From positions 1-8,058 of the IMG/VR virus record IMGVR_UViG_2740892103_000005: a stretch of 8,058 bases of DNA. One strand, 5' to 3'. Position 1 is the first letter of the stretch; the number at the start of each line of letters is the position of its first letter. Positions 4,531 through 8,058 of this stretch are shown here, piece after piece. The position numbers and the translations under genes are program-made. The notes beneath the pieces are model-generated. The model saw only the letters and a program-made list of their open reading frames with translations. It ran no database searches and was not told where the DNA came from. Source of the DNA: a virus. Its lineage: Duplodnaviria; Heunggongvirae; Uroviricota; Caudoviricetes.

Positions 4531-6459
4531 TTACACCTGTGCGACGTTATACCATGTTCCATTGATGTATTTTTGTATTGGTCTGAATACTGCGGGGTCA
4601 TCACCATCGACTTCACCGACAATACCAAGCCCGGTAATTACGTGCCCTGCTTTCTCATACATCACACCTTTTTTCATAGTCTGAACAACACGTGTGCCCA
4701 GGCGAATATCTCGTACATAGCGAGAATCCGATTCATCTTTGGTATATGCACCAACATCTCCCGCAGAGGGTTTGCGGGTTGTGGTGTAAAACTCTGACCA
4801 GTCAGCCTCAAATCCATAACCATCACGCGCTGAACGATAATAAATACCGCCGTTCTTATAATTCACACGGAACTGTACGGCAGGGCAACTCCCCTCGCTC
4901 ATATTGAAATGGAGGATTAATGTCGATGCGCCACCAATATTTGCTTGATAGACCCCGCTATTCCAGTTCCAGCCAACAGCTTTATCATTTCCGACAGTGC
5001 TTCCTGTTTTCCCTAAAGCAAATGCAGGCTGCTGGTTTTTCGTGTTGTAGTCTCGTCGCCAGCCAGGAGCATAAGCATCACCATGATTAATATAAGTGAA
5101 TTGAGCGTTAGTGGTGCCGCCTCCGGTGGAAGTGCTTGGTGTTGTTACACGGATGGTCATGGCACCTTTATTACCCATAACCTCAATAACGCAACCTGCA
5201 AGATGAATAGTTCCACAGCCAGTATCGGTAATAATTTTATTATTGCCGTATGACCATGAACATTTGCACATCCAGTACGGATGATTAAATGCACCACGGG
5301 AATCCAGCCATTCAATAAACTGAGCGGTTGTCCAGTTTCCGGCTTCAGTGCTCAAAGCGCCGCTATAAGCACGACAGGCACCGATATTTTTCGTGAAGGT
5401 ATCCTTTCCCGGAATATCCGCACCGTTCTGATCTTTCTGAAGACGTTTTTCAGCATTGTCATAGGCAGACTTCACTGCTTTTGGTGTTGCGGCCAGCGTT
5501 TCAGAATCACTGTTGGTGGCGCTACTGAGCTGGACAAGGCCTTTTCGCGCCGTGGTGGCATCCTGCGCAGTGTATTTCCCGTTAGCAAGGTCATACGCTG
5601 TCTTAACCGCCTTTGGCGTTGCTGCAAGCGTTTCAGAATCGCTGTTGGTGGCGCTACTGAGCTGGACAAGACCTTTTCGCGCTGTGGTGGCGTCCTGTGC
5701 AGTGTATTTCCCGTTAGCAAGGTCATATGCTGCCTTTACCGCTTTTGGTGTAGCGGCGAGCGTTTCAGACGTGCTGTTGGTGGCGCTACTGAGCTGGACA
5801 AGGCCTTTTCGCGCTGTGGTGGCATCCTGCGCAGTGTATTTCCCGTTAGCAAGATCATACGCGGCCTTTACCGCTTTCGGCGTTGCGGCCAGTGTTTCAG
5901 ACGTGCTGTTGATCGCACTGCTTAACTGAGTAAAACCTTTTGCGGTCAGCGAGGCGTCCGGGTGACGTCGTGACTGTTCATGCTCTGCAATTTTGTCATC
6001 AACGTAATCCTGCGTCGCCATCACCGTTGTGGTGTCAATGGTCAGCGCCACTGAGGCCACACTGCTGACGATGATGACCATGCGACAGGTCTGCGAACGC
6101 CCTGAGCCTTCGGCAAGAGCTGGCTTATAACTTTCGGCCATGTTCGCCACGGCAATTAATGTTCCCGCATCATCGTACAGGCCAAGCTCACGCATCCAGA
6201 AACCGCCCACCTCCGGCGGAATAACCAGCTCTGCGATAATATAATTACTGTTTCGTTTGTCCTGGCTGATTTTGTTCAGCGCATGTCGCCAGACTTCATG
6301 GATAAGCCCGGTCTGTCCGGCATCCGGGACAGGCAATTTACCACCGCCATCCCCGACGGCCATCGTGGTAATGTTGACCTTCCGCCCTCCCGGCGCGGTT
6401 GCCGCTGCCAGCTTTGCTGCACCGGCAGTGGTGATAACGGTTCTGAATTTTGTGCTCAT
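4531..6459 (-). CDS. H: Tail fibre protein (P2 gpH-like) with internal tandem repeats and a distal receptor-binding domain
   Basis: 642-aa ORF with N-terminus MSTKFRTVITTAGAAKLAAATAPGGRKVNITTMAVGDGGGKLPVPDAGQTGLIHEVWRHALNK..., recognised as P2 H. GAGGA Shine-Dalgarno upstream of ATG at 6459. Confidence 0.9.
   Translation of the reverse strand: MSTKFRTVITTAGAAKLAAATAPGGRKVNITTMAVGDGGGKLPVPDAGQTGLIHEVWRHALNKISQDKRNSNYIIAELVIPPEVGGFWMRELGLYDDAGTLIAVANMAESYKPALAEGSGRSQTCRMVIIVSSVASVALTIDTTTVMATQDYVDDKIAEHEQSRRHPDASLTAKGFTQLSSAINSTSETLAATPKAVKAAYDLANGKYTAQDATTARKGLVQLSSATNSTSETLAATPKAVKAAYDLANGKYTAQDATTARKGLVQLSSATNSDSETLAATPKAVKTAYDLANGKYTAQDATTARKGLVQLSSATNSDSETLAATPKAVKSAYDNAEKRLQKDQNGADIPGKDTFTKNIGACRAYSGALSTEAGNWTTAQFIEWLDSRGAFNHPYWMCKCSWSYGNNKIITDTGCGTIHLAGCVIEVMGNKGAMTIRVTTPSTSTGGGTTNAQFTYINHGDAYAPGWRRDYNTKNQQPAFALGKTGSTVGNDKAVGWNWNSGVYQANIGGASTLILHFNMSEGSCPAVQFRVNYKNGGIYYRSARDGYGFEADWSEFYTTTRKPSAGDVGAYTKDESDSRYVRDIRLGTRVVQTMKKGVMYEKAGHVITGLGIVGEVDGDDPAVFRPIQKYINGTWYNVAQV
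5470..5935. repeat. Tandem ~120-bp (40-aa) in-frame repeats inside tail fibre gene H, ~3.7 copies
   Basis: Protein repeat unit LSSATNS(T/D)SETLAATPKAVK(A/T/S)AYDLANGKYTAQDATTARKGLVQ occurs 3 times plus a partial fourth. DNA copies are about 90% identical with period 120 bp. The antisense ORFs in the track (5281-5925, 5513-5929) show the same periodicity. Confidence 0.85.
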
Positions 6460-6469
6460 TATTCCTCAC

Positions 6470-7000
6470 TTATCCGGGGTAAACCGTAATTACATCGCCG
6501 TCGTAAGCCACACCACCGGCGAACAGGTAGCCGGGAATGTCCCGGGTAATGTTCAGGCCAATAAGGTGACGGCTTGCAGGTTTGGCATCAGCAATCAGCC
6601 GTTCCATTTCCTGATACATTGCCTCTGTGATGCCACTTTCCAGTACACCAATATCAAGCCGGAAGGTGCCCGGCGGGTCACTGGTTTCCCACCACTCCGT
6701 CACGTTGATGAGATAGCCCAGCGGCTCCACCACACGCCGGATTGCACCTATCGTGCCCTTATGACAGTGGATGAAATAGGCATCGCGGATAACGGCGCGT
6801 TTTGTCGCTTCCGGCCACTTTTCATCCCACCTGTCGACCGAAAACGCCCACGCCAGCCACGGCAGCAGATTTGCCGGACAGGTGTCCGGGTTCCACAGTT
6901 CACGAATACTGACCGGCGTTTTTTCAATTTCCGCACAGGCTTTTGCGGCGGCAACTTCAAGCGGTGATGAGCCGGTCGGCAGCAGTCGCGAATCACTCAT
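6470..7000 (-). CDS. I: Baseplate assembly protein (P2 gpI-like)
   Basis: 176-aa ORF MSDSRLLPTGSSPLEVAAAKACAEIEKTPVSIRELWNPDTCPANLLPWLAWAFSVDRWDEKW..., recognised as P2 I. Start overlaps the J stop by 8 nt. Confidence 0.9.
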   Translation of the reverse strand: MSDSRLLPTGSSPLEVAAAKACAEIEKTPVSIRELWNPDTCPANLLPWLAWAFSVDRWDEKWPEATKRAVIRDAYFIHCHKGTIGAIRRVVEPLGYLINVTEWWETSDPPGTFRLDIGVLESGITEAMYQEMERLIADAKPASRHLIGLNITRDIPGYLFAGGVAYDGDVITVYPG

Positions 7001-7901
7001 CCGAGCCCCCGGTCACGACGCGGTATTCGGTGCAGAAAGACGCCTGCGTACTGTTGAGCACAATGTCGGCCAGTGGTGCAGCCAGCTCGACACGCTGCAC
7101 GCCTTCCACATGCAAAGCGGCATAAATAGCAGACAGACGGATGTCGCGCCCCAGCCGGTGCTGTGCCGTGATGTACGCTTCCAGTTTTTTCACGGCAGCA
7201 GCGCGGATGGGTTCGCTTTCGGGACCAGGGTAAAGGTAAAGCGTGGCGTTTATCTGGTATTCAACGATGGCGGCAGACTGCACGGTCACGCGGTCGGCCA
7301 CCGGCCTGACGTCCTCACCATTCAGGGCGTTGCGCACCACCGCCAGCAGGTCTTCGGATGCAACACCGTTATTTTCGCGAGACAGCACGGAGATAGTGAC
7401 GCAGGCCGGAGACGGACTGGTGACAGAGATATCCGCGACACGCCCGTCGGCACTGCGACCATGATACTGATAGGCTCCCACCGACCCGGCGACGCTTAAG
7501 CCCTCAAACGCCTGCTGAATACGCAGACGATAATCGGTGTCAGACTCCATCACTGCCGGTGTCGGCGGGATGGTCGAATCATCTGCCGGGGTGATAGTCA
7601 GGCGCGTGGTGTTGTAATTGGCACCAATCACATCAAGGTCATTACCGGCGGCACAGGCCAGCATCACCGCCCGCGCAGCCTCATTCACACGCTGACGCCA
7701 GATAAGCTCACGATAAGCATTTTCCTCCAGCAGTTTGACGAGAGGCTCAGATTCCAGCGTCAGGGTACGGGCGACCGCCTCCTGCTGGTCTTCCGGGTAA
7801 AGGGAAATCAGTGTCGCCTTGCGTTCAGCGAGAATGGTTTCAAAGTCCAGCTCCTCGACCACATCCGGTGCGGGTAGCTGGTTCAGGTCGATAATCGGCA
7901 T
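6993..7901 (-). CDS. J: Baseplate assembly protein (P2 gpJ-like)
   Basis: 302-aa ORF MPIIDLNQLPAPDVVEELDFETILAERKATLISLYPEDQQEAVARTLTLESEPLVKLLEENAYRELIWRQRVNEAARAV..., recognised as P2 J. Confidence 0.9.
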   Translation of the reverse strand: MPIIDLNQLPAPDVVEELDFETILAERKATLISLYPEDQQEAVARTLTLESEPLVKLLEENAYRELIWRQRVNEAARAVMLACAAGNDLDVIGANYNTTRLTITPADDSTIPPTPAVMESDTDYRLRIQQAFEGLSVAGSVGAYQYHGRSADGRVADISVTSPSPACVTISVLSRENNGVASEDLLAVVRNALNGEDVRPVADRVTVQSAAIVEYQINATLYLYPGPESEPIRAAAVKKLEAYITAQHRLGRDIRLSAIYAALHVEGVQRVELAAPLADIVLNSTQASFCTEYRVVTGGSDE

Positions 7902-7905
7902 GGTT

Positions 7906-8058
7906 TCAACTCACAGGGATGGTTAACGAAAGTGGTTGGCCGGTGTCGTTGTGCTGACCGGTTAACGTGACCGTCATTCGCCCGTCAAAACTGCGCGCCG
8001 TGGTGACGGATGACAGGGTGACGCGGGGTTCCCATTTCAGCACGGCCATGTAACAGGC
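7906..8058 (-). CDS. W: Baseplate protein (P2 gpW-like), C-terminal ~50 codons; N-terminus beyond window end
   Basis: Manual minus-strand translation gives ...ACYMAVLKWEPRVTLSSVTTARSFDGRMTVTLTGQHNDTGQPLSLTIPVS then TGA at 7908-7906. Matches the P2 W C-terminus as I recall it. The frame is open to the window edge. Confidence 0.85.
   Translation of the reverse strand, partial: ACYMAVLKWEPRVTLSSVTTARSFDGRMTVTLTGQHNDTGQPLSLTIPVS

Noticed and set aside
5281-5929. Long plus-strand ORFs with internally repeated peptides (214 aa and 138 aa), plus 5472-5726 (-)
   Set aside because: Their periodicity is an echo of the 120-bp tandem repeats of tail fibre gene H read in wrong frames or strand; not independent genes.
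5470-5935. Possibility that the 120-bp tandem repeats are a CRISPR array or satellite
   Set aside because: Repeats are contiguous with no unique spacers, are in-frame inside the tail fibre CDS, and encode a coherent 40-aa protein repeat.
4000-6459. Invertible tail-fibre segment (Mu G-segment / P1 C-segment-like shufflon) with Gin/Cin-type invertase
   Set aside because: No invertase gene and no oppositely oriented alternative fibre C-termini are present; H and G are single, co-oriented genes as in P2.
6257-7499. Plus-strand ORFs 6257-6967 (236 aa), 6882-7499 (205 aa) and smaller ones antisense to H, I and J
   Set aside because: Antisense to recognisable baseplate and fibre genes in GC-rich DNA; Arg/Pro/Gly-rich composition typical of shadow frames.

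Overview
This window is the late (tail/baseplate) region of a P2-like (Peduovirus-type) prophage in an enterobacterial, probably E. coli-like, genome. All real genes are on the minus strand, in P2 order: W (3' fragment, 7906-8058), J (6993-7901), I (6470-7000), tail fibre H (4531-6459), tail-fibre assembly G (4000-4527), then the G-FI intergenic hotspot, then tail sheath FI (1-860, 5' portion). FI and W run off the window edges, which is why the supplied ORF track omits them. Protein identities are recognised from memory of P2 sequences, not from a search. The G-FI interval, the position of the P2 Z/fun locus and a known anti-phage cargo hotspot in P2-like phages, holds two insertions. One is a complete 1331-bp IS2 (2594-3924) with intact insC/insD, frameshift site, both terminal inverted repeats and a perfect 5-bp target-site duplication (GGTAC). 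The other is a visibly AT-rich single-gene cargo (1147-2373, 408 aa) whose C-terminal third carries a PD-(D/E)xK nuclease signature that I read as Shedu/DUF4263-like. Its N-terminal ~255 residues have no motif I recognise. This cargo gene is the best candidate for a defence system here; whether it is undescribed needs a database search I cannot run. The cargo is bounded downstream by two hairpins, one a good minus-strand intrinsic terminator, and is followed by a putative P2-type late promoter for FI. Short repeats flank it, and IS2 has inserted exactly into one of them. Tail fibre gene H contains about four tandem 120-bp in-frame repeats.
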